Shown: positions 17,515 to 25,582, numbered from the stretch's first letter. The stretch: 30,288 nt of DNA from Nitrosopumilaceae archaeon (GCA_035527875.1 DATKZR010000075.1:1-30288), one strand, 5' to 3'. Numbers and translations: made by a program. Notes: generated by a model from the letters alone, not told the origin.

Positions 17515-17913
17515 TTATGCGTTCATATGTACAAAATCAACTATTGACATTATCTTACCCATTTCAACAAGATGGCCATAGCTTTTACCCTTACTTGTCT
17601 TCAAAGGAGTATTTCCTACACTTATGAAGAGTAAATTTCCTTGGCCAAGAGGGATTGTTATTCTTTTTATTTTTTCATAAGCAGCAATAACATATAGTCC
17701 GCGCCCAACTATGTCAGTAACTTTTGAGCGCTCTTGCCATGCATTAATTGCCCTTAGAATTGTTTTTTTGGTGTCAGCCAAAGGTACTATGTTTCTTACC
17801 CCAGTTCTTTGACTGTGCCAAAGAATTTCTCCTTTGGAGCTACATACTGCCGCAAATCTGATGGATTCATTAAAATCCATTAACATGTTTAGGAGTTTTT
17901 CATACTTTTCCAC
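17515..17913 (-). CDS. Hypothetical protein, possibly with a Roadblock/LC7 (MglB-like) fold
   Basis: 132 aa. The pattern IRFAAVCSSKGEILWHS ... GLYVIAAYEKIKRITIPL ... LLFISV resembles Roadblock/LC7 secondary-structure periodicity. This is recognition by eye only. GTG start. Confidence 0.5.
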   Translation of the reverse strand: MEKYEKLLNMLMDFNESIRFAAVCSSKGEILWHSQRTGVRNIVPLADTKKTILRAINAWQERSKVTDIVGRGLYVIAAYEKIKRITIPLGQGNLLFISVGNTPLKTSKGKSYGHLVEMGKIMSIVDFVHMNA

Positions 17914-17989
17914 GGTAACATTTGAAGGGGGATTCTATTAAGTTATTCTAGTATGGTAATGTCAAAAAGTTAGGTTAATTCAGATATAA

Positions 17990-19084
17990 TTATTCCCCAG
18001 CTACAAAACGTTCACAATCTTCTTTTGCTTTTACATCAGCCATTTGTTCTATTGGATGTTTCATTAAATAGGCACTAGCAGGTATGATTGGACCTCCCAC
18101 TCCTCTATCAAGAGCAATTTTTGCTAATCTAACTGCATCAATTACAATACCTGCAGAGTTTGCTTTATCATCAACTTCAAGGCGAACTTCCATATTATAC
18201 GGAATGTTTGCCCACTGTCTTCCTTCGATTCGCATAAACATTAGTTTGGTATTACCCAAAAATGGAATAAAATCAGATGGACCAACGTAGATTTTATCAT
18301 CATCAAGTCTTTCGGAAAGTTGACTTTGGACACTTTCTGTTTTAGAGATTCTTTTAGATACAAGCCTGTCTTGTTCTTTCATGTTTAGAAAGTCAGTATT
18401 TCCACCTACGTTGATTTGATAGGTTTTCTCAATTTTAGTTCCACGGTCACTGCATAATTTAGCCAGTGTTCGATGGACAATTGTCGCCCCAACCTGACCT
18501 TTAATGTCATCACCAATGACTGGAATATTTTTTTCTTCAAATTTCTTGGCCCAATGTTCATCTGATGCGATAAATGAAGGAATACAATTTACAAATGCAG
18601 TATGAGTATCAAGACAGATTTGTGCCCAAAATGCAGTTACCTTATCTGAGCCCACGGGTAAATAAGAGACTAGAATTTCAGTTCCAGTTTCTTTGAGGAT
18701 TACTTTGATTTCTTCAGCTAGTTCTTCATCGGTTTTTGTACTTTTAATTGGTTTTATTCTATTTTCTACCCATACTCCAACGCCATCTAAAGCAGGACTT
18801 TCGTACACTTTGGCATCAGTTTTTGGCATCGAGTCTTTTGGGATCCAGTCAACCATGTTAGGATATTCATAAATTGCCTCATTGATTGGTTTGCCGATTT
18901 TGTTTTCGCCCACATCAAAACCACAAACAAAATCAACATCATGTATACCATATCCTGCTAATTTATCATGAATTATTCCGGTAACTTCTTGTGAAGGATT
19001 TTGTCTGTAAAATTCTATACCTTGAATTAATCCTGAAAAACAATTACCAATTCCAATTAATCCAACCTTAATTCTCCCTCCCAT
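17990..19084 (-). CDS. ino1: Inositol-3-phosphate synthase (myo-inositol-1-phosphate synthase)
   Basis: VGLIGIGNCFSGLIQGIEFY, LVSYLPVGS, GDDIKGQVGATIVHRTLAKL and NVGGNTDFLNM. Close to the actinobacterial/archaeal short MIPS type. Confidence 0.9.
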   Translation of the reverse strand: MGGRIKVGLIGIGNCFSGLIQGIEFYRQNPSQEVTGIIHDKLAGYGIHDVDFVCGFDVGENKIGKPINEAIYEYPNMVDWIPKDSMPKTDAKVYESPALDGVGVWVENRIKPIKSTKTDEELAEEIKVILKETGTEILVSYLPVGSDKVTAFWAQICLDTHTAFVNCIPSFIASDEHWAKKFEEKNIPVIGDDIKGQVGATIVHRTLAKLCSDRGTKIEKTYQINVGGNTDFLNMKEQDRLVSKRISKTESVQSQLSERLDDDKIYVGPSDFIPFLGNTKLMFMRIEGRQWANIPYNMEVRLEVDDKANSAGIVIDAVRLAKIALDRGVGGPIIPASAYLMKHPIEQMADVKAKEDCERFVAGE

Positions 19085-19208
19085 TCAAAATTTGGTGTTA
19101 TTTGGCGGGTTTAAAGTTTTCTTAAAAAGAATATTCAATCAAGATTCCAAAGATAAAAAAATTTAATTTTGATAAAAATTATTATTCTATACCGTTCATC
19201 ATAATTTA

Positions 19209-19919
19209 TTGTTTCCAAAAATTAGAATAAAAGAATTAAGGCCATTAAATTTAGAAGGAGGGTATCTGATTGATGGTTTTCCATCTATGGGATTTAGTAG
19301 CGTTATTGCAACAGAATCCATAATACATACATCTCAATTCACGATTGCTGGAATAATTGATTCAGATATTTTTCCACCTATTAGTTTGATAAAAGATGGA
19401 AAACCAAACTTTCCTACGCGGATTTTTGTAAATGATGAATTAAAAGTTGCAGCATTTTTATCTCATCTGGCAATAGAAGAATCACTTCATAGAAACGTGG
19501 CAAAAAAAATGCTAGACTGGGCCAAGGATAAGAAAATTTCACTCATTATAAGTAGTGTCTCAATAAGGTCACCTATTGGAAATGAGGAAATTATCGCCAT
19601 TGGAAGCACGGAAAGTGCTACCAAAAAATTAAAGAATGCAGGTATGAAAGTTCTAAAATCTGGAACTATTCCTGGAATACCTGGAATGTTACTAAATGAA
19701 GGAAGTTTGGCTCAACAGGATGTGATAGTAATTATTTTTCATTCCGAAGGCACAGGTCCAGATTTCAGATCTAGTGCACAACTTTGCATGGCCATATCAC
19801 AATTAATACCAGGAGCATCATGCGACATTCCAGCTTTGCAAGCAGAGGCTGAAAAAGTAGAACGGATAATCAAAAACGATTTGGAAGAAGCCAAACAGTT
19901 CGATTCCATGTATAGATAA
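19209..19919 (+). CDS. PAC2-family protein (proteasome assembly chaperone-like)
   Basis: The N-terminus LEGGYLIDGFPSMGFSSVIATESI is typical of archaeal PAC2/DUF75 proteins, and the 236-aa size fits. TTG start. Confidence 0.8.
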   Translation: MFPKIRIKELRPLNLEGGYLIDGFPSMGFSSVIATESIIHTSQFTIAGIIDSDIFPPISLIKDGKPNFPTRIFVNDELKVAAFLSHLAIEESLHRNVAKKMLDWAKDKKISLIISSVSIRSPIGNEEIIAIGSTESATKKLKNAGMKVLKSGTIPGIPGMLLNEGSLAQQDVIVIIFHSEGTGPDFRSSAQLCMAISQLIPGASCDIPALQAEAEKVERIIKNDLEEAKQFDSMYR

Positions 19920-19927
19920 AATAGAAA

Positions 19928-20161
19928 TTACCCACAATCTAAAATTTCCACCTTTGGTTGGCATTCAAAGTTGAACTTGTCAATTTTTTCAATCAATTCA
20001 TCGCAAAATTCAGGATCCAAGGATTTTTCAAAAGTTCGTATATCATTTATGATTGAAACATGTCGAATTCCACATGACTTGTCTGACATTGCAATAAAAA
20101 ACACAACAATGAAAATTCCAATACTGATCAGAATAAGATTTTTAATTTTTAGTGATGTCAA
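19928..20161 (-). CDS. Hypothetical small protein (N-terminal TM helix, 4 Cys)
   Basis: 77-codon ORF from a TTG that overlaps the Alba 3' end by 20 nt. An internal ATG (20086) would give a 52-aa soluble form. No family recognised. Confidence 0.35.
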   Translation of the reverse strand: MTSLKIKNLILISIGIFIVVFFIAMSDKSCGIRHVSIINDIRTFEKSLDPEFCDELIEKIDKFNFECQPKVEILDCG

Positions 20162-20774
20162 GTTCTATTGTCGAAACATTTCGTTTTTTCCCATCTTGTG
20201 AGGTAAGGGAGTCAGATGAAATTCTAACGTCACTAATTTCATATCCAACGGCATACATTCTTTTAACTATCATTTGAGAGACATCTACAGCTTGTGTTAT
20301 TCTTTTTCCTCGTGCCTTAATCGTAACAATGGGCATGGTTGAAAGTTGAGTGAGTGTAGCTGCAACATAGGACATGATTGGTTTGGTTCCGACATAAATC
20401 ACATTACGTTCTTCAGGAGTGAGCTCTGTTTTTTCTTCACCCGTTAAATCAGTTTTCGTTTCTGACTCTGGTGATTCAAGTTGTGGCTCTGGCTCTGGTG
20501 CTTCAAGTTGTGGTTCTGACTCTGGTGCTTCAAGTTGTGGTTCTGACTCTGGTGATTCAAGTTGTGGTTCTGACTCTGGTGATTCAACTTGTGGTTCTGG
20601 CTCTGGTGATTCAAGTTGTGGTTCTGGCTCTGGTGATTCAAGTTGTGGTTCTGGCTCTGGTGATTCAACTTGTGGCTCTGGTGATTCAACTTGTGGCTCT
20701 GGCTCTGGTTTTCTTGAATCTTGAAATTCTGACAAAATATCTTCAGCGTCTTTAGATTTTTTTGAAGCACTCAA
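20142..20774 (-). CDS. albA: Alba DNA/RNA-binding protein with an N-terminal acidic Pro/Glu tandem-repeat extension
   Basis: The C-terminal ~87 aa (NVIYVGTKPIMSYVAATL...TIKARGKRITQAVDV...SQDGKKRNVSTIELDI) is collinear with Sso10b-type Alba. The N-terminal ~120 aa are in frame and contain 9 PEPEPQLES-like units. An alternative GTG start at 20402 would give a canonical-length Alba. Confidence 0.85.
   Translation of the reverse strand: MSASKKSKDAEDILSEFQDSRKPEPEPQVESPEPQVESPEPEPQLESPEPEPQLESPEPEPQVESPESEPQLESPESEPQLEAPESEPQLEAPEPEPQLESPESETKTDLTGEEKTELTPEERNVIYVGTKPIMSYVAATLTQLSTMPIVTIKARGKRITQAVDVSQMIVKRMYAVGYEISDVRISSDSLTSQDGKKRNVSTIELDITKN
20458..20708. repeat. Tandem repeat: 27-bp unit, about 9.3 copies (one 21-bp copy)
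   Basis: Plus-strand unit TGATTCAAGTTGTGGTTCTGGCTCTGG. Unit boundaries fall at 20472, 20499, 20526, 20553, 20580, 20607, 20634, 20661 (21 bp) and 20682. Units 20499/20526 are identical to each other, as are 20607/20634. The region is stop-free in four reading frames across both strands. Confidence 0.95.
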
Positions 20775-20815
20775 TTTAATTTTCCTTTATTAACAAAATC
20801 CCCCTTTGCTTTTAT

Positions 20816-21064
20816 TTAATTTTTGATATCTTCTGGTTTAAGATAATCTTCAAGAATTTTTTCTACTTCTTCATCATTTTTGCTGCTTTTAATTTGATTT
20901 ACTAGATCTTTTTCTTCAATCTCATAGCAGTTTAGAAAATCTTGAGAGTCTTTGTACAATAAAAGAACTTTATTTTTAAAAACACAATGATATAGGCGTT
21001 CTTGTATCATTTGTTCAGGTTTAATTTTTATTCCATCATTGTCGGTTATTACTGGATAATCCAC
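20816..21064 (-). CDS. Hypothetical acidic protein
   Basis: 82-codon ORF with a GTG start, on the same strand as and 41 bp upstream of the Alba ORF. No motif recognised. Confidence 0.45.
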   Translation of the reverse strand: MDYPVITDNDGIKIKPEQMIQERLYHCVFKNKVLLLYKDSQDFLNCYEIEEKDLVNQIKSSKNDEEVEKILEDYLKPEDIKN

Positions 21065-21130
21065 ACAATTATGGAAATTTTAAAGTATTTAGATGAATAC
21101 ATAATATTGTAATAATCAAACAAACTAGAC

Positions 21131-22231
21131 ATGGTATTGGAAACTAGAATAGTTTTCCACATAGACTTTGATTATTTTTATGCTCAGTGTGAGGAGATCA
21201 GAAAGCCAGAATTAAAATCAAAACCAGTATGCGTATGTGTTTTTTCAGACAGGGGGGGAGACAGTGGGGCAATTGCCACTGCTAATTACTCCGCAAGAAA
21301 GTTTGGAGTGAAATCAGGAATTCCAATTATTTTTGCAAAAAAAATGCTCCTAGATCAAAAAGATGCTGTTTTTTTACCTGTCGATTTTGATTTTTACAAA
21401 AGTATGTCCGATAAAGGTATGGAAATAATGAAAAAAAATGCGGATGTTTTTGAGTATGTAGGTAAAGATGAGGCATATCTAGATATCACAAAAAAAGTTA
21501 ATGATGATTGGGTTGAAGCAAAAAATTTAGCCACCAAGATTAAAAGAGAAATTAAAGATAAACTGAATCTTACTTGTTCAATTGGAATTTCACCGAACAA
21601 ATTAATTTCCAAAATTGCTTCAGATTTTCAAAAACCAGATGGATTGACACTTGTGTCACCAGAAAAAGTAGATGAATTTTTAGAACCATTAAAAATTGAA
21701 GAGATTCCAGGTATTGGTAAAAAAACAGGAGAAATATTTTCTCAGATGAATTTTCATACCATTAAAGATCTAAAGAAATTAGATGTGTTTACACTCCATA
21801 AAAAATTTGGGCGAAAAACTGGAACTTACATATTCAATGCAGTTAGAGGAATTCATAAAGAACCAGTTAAGGAAAGAGAACCAAATTTACAATATAGCAA
21901 AGTTATGACTTTAAAGAAAGATTCGATGGAATTTGATTTCCTTTTTGAAAATATAAAACAATTATGTGGCGAGGTATATCAAATCGTTTTAAATGAAAAT
22001 ATAATGTTCAAATCAATCGGCATACAATTAATACAATCAGATCTTTCCAATAAAACAAAATCAAAAACGTTGAAAAATCCCACCTTGAATTTAGAAGAAT
22101 TACAAAAAAATGTTAAACAATTATTAAAAGATGCCTTGACCGATCAAAAAATTACGATAAGAAGAGTAGGTGTAAAAGTATCTGAACTTTCAGAAATACA
22201 AGATCAGAGTAATATTACAAGTTACTTTTGA
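21131..22231 (+). CDS. dinB: Y-family DNA polymerase IV (Dpo4/DinB)
   Basis: FHIDFDYFYAQCEE (catalytic Asp motif), ANYSARKFGV, SIGISPNKLISKIAS and IPGIGKKT. Confidence 0.9.
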   Translation: MVLETRIVFHIDFDYFYAQCEEIRKPELKSKPVCVCVFSDRGGDSGAIATANYSARKFGVKSGIPIIFAKKMLLDQKDAVFLPVDFDFYKSMSDKGMEIMKKNADVFEYVGKDEAYLDITKKVNDDWVEAKNLATKIKREIKDKLNLTCSIGISPNKLISKIASDFQKPDGLTLVSPEKVDEFLEPLKIEEIPGIGKKTGEIFSQMNFHTIKDLKKLDVFTLHKKFGRKTGTYIFNAVRGIHKEPVKEREPNLQYSKVMTLKKDSMEFDFLFENIKQLCGEVYQIVLNENIMFKSIGIQLIQSDLSNKTKSKTLKNPTLNLEELQKNVKQLLKDALTDQKITIRRVGVKVSELSEIQDQSNITSYF

Positions 22232-23160
22232 AAATTACCGTCGGACTCTAACCTTTTGAGTCTTCTTGATTCAATCAATATCACTACCAAAAGAAAAACA
22301 AACAACCACGGCAAGAACATTATTTCTCCGGCAACAGAATGAAATTCTTCCCATTGTTCTGCATTAGTAGTTACTTTTAGTGCATACCAAGATAATGAAA
22401 AAATTCTTATCATATTTACAATAATTGTGCCTATAATCCCTAGGGTGAAGTAAATAGATTTTCGTTTTCTTGGGATATTCATTTTTAAAAGAAAAGCACC
22501 CATTACAAGAGAATAGATGATTATACTGTGGACACCTGCAGAGGGCCAAAATACCTGAAGGACCATTGACCCATGATCTCCTTTTAGGAACATTATATTA
22601 TCACGAGCCGTTGCAACTCCAAGATCAAAAACTCCTATCAACCAGACATTTGCTTGAACTAAAAATGGAACAACGTATTGAAGAGGGCCAAGCGTATCAT
22701 AAGGAAAAAAGGCATCAAGTGAAAGAATGATTGCACTGCCTCCCAAAAAGATAGGACCTGCAGGGGCAATTCGAATCCACCTCTTACCAAAATAAATTGT
22801 TAATGCAGTCATTACAAAAATTGTTAAAATAATGAAGTCCCACATCCATGTCCAAGAATAAATTAATTGAACATTATATTGTTCAGAGGAATTTAAAATA
22901 TAATCTCGAAGTCCATATTCTAACCCAACAAGATAAGTTATTGTAAGAATAGCCAGTGGAATTACGGCAAGTAGTCGTTTTTTAGAAATTATAATTTTGA
23001 GCCCAACAAGTTCAGCGACGATAAATACCAAGGCAAAAAGAAATCCACCTCTGCCTTGATTCCAACTTAGGCTAAAACTATCAGGAAACACTAGGAGCGC
23101 AAATAAAATTGGACTTGATATAATCGCCATTCCAATATAGAGATTCTTGTTTTCCACCAC
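22222..23160 (-). CDS. Exosortase/archaeosortase-family integral membrane protein (Ser at the expected catalytic Cys position)
   Basis: 312 aa with about 8 TM helices. The triad-like order is WPSAGV (where xCSGx is expected), NMIRIF (Arg) and EEFHSVAGE (His). The 3' end overlaps dinB by 10 nt in convergent orientation. Confidence 0.75.
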   Translation of the reverse strand: MVENKNLYIGMAIISSPILFALLVFPDSFSLSWNQGRGGFLFALVFIVAELVGLKIIISKKRLLAVIPLAILTITYLVGLEYGLRDYILNSSEQYNVQLIYSWTWMWDFIILTIFVMTALTIYFGKRWIRIAPAGPIFLGGSAIILSLDAFFPYDTLGPLQYVVPFLVQANVWLIGVFDLGVATARDNIMFLKGDHGSMVLQVFWPSAGVHSIIIYSLVMGAFLLKMNIPRKRKSIYFTLGIIGTIIVNMIRIFSLSWYALKVTTNAEQWEEFHSVAGEIMFLPWLFVFLLVVILIESRRLKRLESDGNFQK

Positions 23161-23202
23161 GCTTAAACAAAAATTTGGGCAATAAAAATCTCAAGCTTTT
23201 TT

Positions 23203-23349
23203 TTATTCCAAAATAGAAAATTTCTCAGGGCAGTTTAGATGTTCATAATATGGGTCAGATGGAAGGTCTTCTACAAAAAATAGCGTAATTGCATATTTTT
23301 CAGATTTTGAAATAGATTTACTGCATTTGCTACAGCGTAAGTTTTCCAC
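23203..23349 (-). CDS. Possible small zinc-binding protein (48 aa)
   Basis: Hand translation of the 246-bp gap gives GTG-ENLRCSKCSKSISKSEKYAITLFFVEDLPSDPYYEHLNCPEKFSILE-stop, with CxxC ... HxxC. It is below the ORF-track cutoff and on the same strand as both flanking genes. Confidence 0.25.
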   Translation of the reverse strand: MENLRCSKCSKSISKSEKYAITLFFVEDLPSDPYYEHLNCPEKFSILE

Positions 23350-23406
23350 AAAAATCTTAGGATGAAATTATACTTTACGAGGTAGACGTAATTTTATGAA
23401 ATAACC

Positions 23407-24564
23407 TTAAATGAAATCAGAAATGGTTTTTTGCCTCATTAATTTTCCAATATTTCCGTGCAAAAGCCATTCAGATGTGCTAATGCTCATCTTCTGTGAA
23501 GCCAAAGATAGGGCATTATCAAAATTATCAGCAAAAAGGGGTTTTTTCTTCATTGCCACTCGTATACCTTCTCTTATTTGCCACACACCAACAGGAATCG
23601 CATACTCTGGTCTTATTTCTCTTAAAATAATCACACCTGATTGTATTTTGTTTTTTGAAAGATATTCAGTTACTGCTAGTTTGGCTGCAAAATATGCGCC
23701 AGCAATTGCTGGGGGGTGATGAATTCCTCTTGCATCTTCATGATCTGAACCAAACCCCAAAATTCCATTCGAATACCAGGCTTCAACCATTTCATAAATC
23801 CACCTATGAGGAAACAATACGATAGAAAATAAATTTCCCAAATGCTCATAAGAAAAAACCTTACATGAGTCAATTAATCCATAATCAAGTATTTCATCAG
23901 TTAATGATTTTGAAATAATATCATCAGTAGCAGTGATACTCCATTTTGTTGGCACCAGTTTTCTTTCTTGGCCTAACATACCAATACTAAAACATTTTTG
24001 AATACGAGAAACATCGATGCCGGAATTATATAAATTCAAAATTGCATCTTTAGCCTTCATGTCCTTGTCATAGAAAGTTTTCTCTATTGATTTGTCAGAA
24101 GAGGATCCAGAAAATTTGGCAGATTTTATATCCCCAATTGGTCCAAAAGGAGCACTCTCGCCATCAATTGAAATGTGTGATGTAGGTTTGTGAAATTCTA
24201 AATCAGAATCAATGGGTTTGGATGACATTGCAACTTCTTGTAAATCTTCTATGAACCTTCCTTCTGTTGCATCTACAGATATTTTTTGAATTCCACGAAC
24301 TAAGTTTAATCGGAAATTTACTATCTCTTCTAATGATTTACCAATCCATTTTTCAGGTTTATCAAGTAAACTTGTATCTCCATGGATTGGCGGGACCATT
24401 GGACCAACCTGAACCTTGGGATAATTATAAGAGCCTACAAAAACAGATGGAGGACTAGTTCCACTAATAGAATCAGAGGAAAACAAATTCCCATATTTTG
24501 ATAAATTTTCATTCCATTTTTCCAAAATAGATCTTCGAATATCCTGAGAATTTAAAGACAACAA
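23407..24564 (-). CDS. nreA: Archaeal Nre-family (NreA) DNA repair protein
   Basis: PPSVFVGSYNYPKVQVGPMVPP matches the Nre N-terminal domain signature as I recall it, and the 385-aa size fits. TTG start. Confidence 0.75.
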   Translation of the reverse strand: MLSLNSQDIRRSILEKWNENLSKYGNLFSSDSISGTSPPSVFVGSYNYPKVQVGPMVPPIHGDTSLLDKPEKWIGKSLEEIVNFRLNLVRGIQKISVDATEGRFIEDLQEVAMSSKPIDSDLEFHKPTSHISIDGESAPFGPIGDIKSAKFSGSSSDKSIEKTFYDKDMKAKDAILNLYNSGIDVSRIQKCFSIGMLGQERKLVPTKWSITATDDIISKSLTDEILDYGLIDSCKVFSYEHLGNLFSIVLFPHRWIYEMVEAWYSNGILGFGSDHEDARGIHHPPAIAGAYFAAKLAVTEYLSKNKIQSGVIILREIRPEYAIPVGVWQIREGIRVAMKKKPLFADNFDNALSLASQKMSISTSEWLLHGNIGKLMRQKTISDFI

Positions 24565-24571
24565 ATTTTGT

Positions 24572-24585
24572 GCCTAAATTTAGGC
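24572..24585. promoter_or_regulatory. Perfect 14-bp palindrome in a divergent promoter region
   Basis: GCCTAAATTTAGGC lies 8 nt upstream of the nreA start and 73 nt upstream of the binding-protein gene start. It could be an operator or a TATA-containing element. Confidence 0.3.
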
Positions 24586-24657
24586 TATTAACTTGCCGAA
24601 GCTGAAAAATTAACATAAACCGGATAGTGTTTAAAGATCAAAATCTAGCCCACTATT

Positions 24658-25581
24658 ATGACAATAAAGAGGATTGTCTCGTTTTTACCTAGTGCAACAG
24701 AATTAATCTATGAATTAGGAGAACAGAAAATACTATTTGGAGTTACCCATGAATGTAAGTATCCAAAAGAAGCACAAACAAAACCTCAAGTAATTAAATC
24801 GGTGATAAATTCAGAAAAATTATCTAGTAATGAAATAAACTCCCAAACTTGTAAATTATTAAATGAAGGAAAAGATATTTTTATTTTAGATGAGGAAAAT
24901 TTAGTAAAAGCAATTCCTGACCTAATAATTTCTCAAGAAACATGTGAAGTTTGTGCAGCCTACATCAATCAAGTAAACCAAGCTATTCAACTTTTGTCTA
25001 AACGACCAATAATATACTCAATGGATCCACACAGTTTGGAAGAAATTTTAATTTCAATTACTGAAATTGGAAAAATTCTTGAAAGAGAAAGTAAATCTGA
25101 AGAAATTAGATTAGGACTTGAAAAAAGGATTTCGTACATAAAGAATATTTCACACAAGATGAAGCCAAAGGTTCTGGCAATAGAATGGATTGACCCTTTT
25201 TTCACAGCTGGTCATTGGATTCCAGAAATGGTAGAATTTGCGGGAGGAATAAACTTGATCAGTAAAAAAGGAGAGCATTCAAGAAAAATGAATATTGAAG
25301 AGGTGATAAAATCAGATCCAGAAATGATCATTTTCATGCCCTGTGGCTTTGGCACCAAAAAAACAATTGAAGAATATAACAAAATATTAAAAAATAATTC
25401 AGATTGGAATGATTTACGCGCGGTTAAAAATAATAAAATTTTTGCAGTTGATGCTAATTCGTTTTTTAGTAAACCAAGTGTTAGAACAATTACAGGATTA
25501 GAAATTCTTGCAAAAATTATTCAACCTAAAACTTTTGTAAATCTCAGCGTTCCAAAAAATTCATTTTATAATATAAAATAA
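24658..25581 (+). CDS. BtuF/FhuD-like (Peripla_BP_2) cobalamin/iron-chelate binding protein without a signal peptide
   Basis: IVSFLPSATELIYELG at the very N-terminus, then EWIDPFFTAGHWIPEMVEFAGG. No hydrophobic leader or lipobox, and no adjacent permease or ATPase. Confidence 0.8.
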   Translation: MTIKRIVSFLPSATELIYELGEQKILFGVTHECKYPKEAQTKPQVIKSVINSEKLSSNEINSQTCKLLNEGKDIFILDEENLVKAIPDLIISQETCEVCAAYINQVNQAIQLLSKRPIIYSMDPHSLEEILISITEIGKILERESKSEEIRLGLEKRISYIKNISHKMKPKVLAIEWIDPFFTAGHWIPEMVEFAGGINLISKKGEHSRKMNIEEVIKSDPEMIIFMPCGFGTKKTIEEYNKILKNNSDWNDLRAVKNNKIFAVDANSFFSKPSVRTITGLEILAKIIQPKTFVNLSVPKNSFYNIK

Positions 25582-25582
25582 T

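Noticed and set aside
19085-19208. C/D-box sRNA search. ATGATGA occurs on the minus strand at 19196-19202, and I made similar scans of the other intergenic regions
   Set aside because: No matching CUGA D box, C'/D' pair or terminal stem occurs at an appropriate distance in any intergenic region I inspected by eye.
20458-20708. Regularly spaced repeat considered as a CRISPR array
   Set aside because: The units are contiguous with no spacers, 27 bp long, in frame with a protein-coding gene, and no cas genes are present.
20419-20770. Three further long ORFs across the repeat (20419..20724 +, 20444..20770 -, 20471..20755 +) with Ser/Gly/Cys-, His/Gln/Asn- or Val/Leu-rich low-complexity translations
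   Set aside because: They exist only because the GC-richer 27-bp tandem repeat lacks stop codons in several frames. Only the frame that continues into the recognisable Alba domain has independent support.
20-24564. High apparent frequency of TTG/GTG starts (proS, smc, cofE, HAD, the ABC ATPase, nreA, PAC2, albA and others) as a possible unusual initiation bias
   Set aside because: This is largely a consequence of the ORF track taking the longest ORF. Several genes have plausible downstream ATG alternatives, and the question cannot be settled without TSS or proteomic data.
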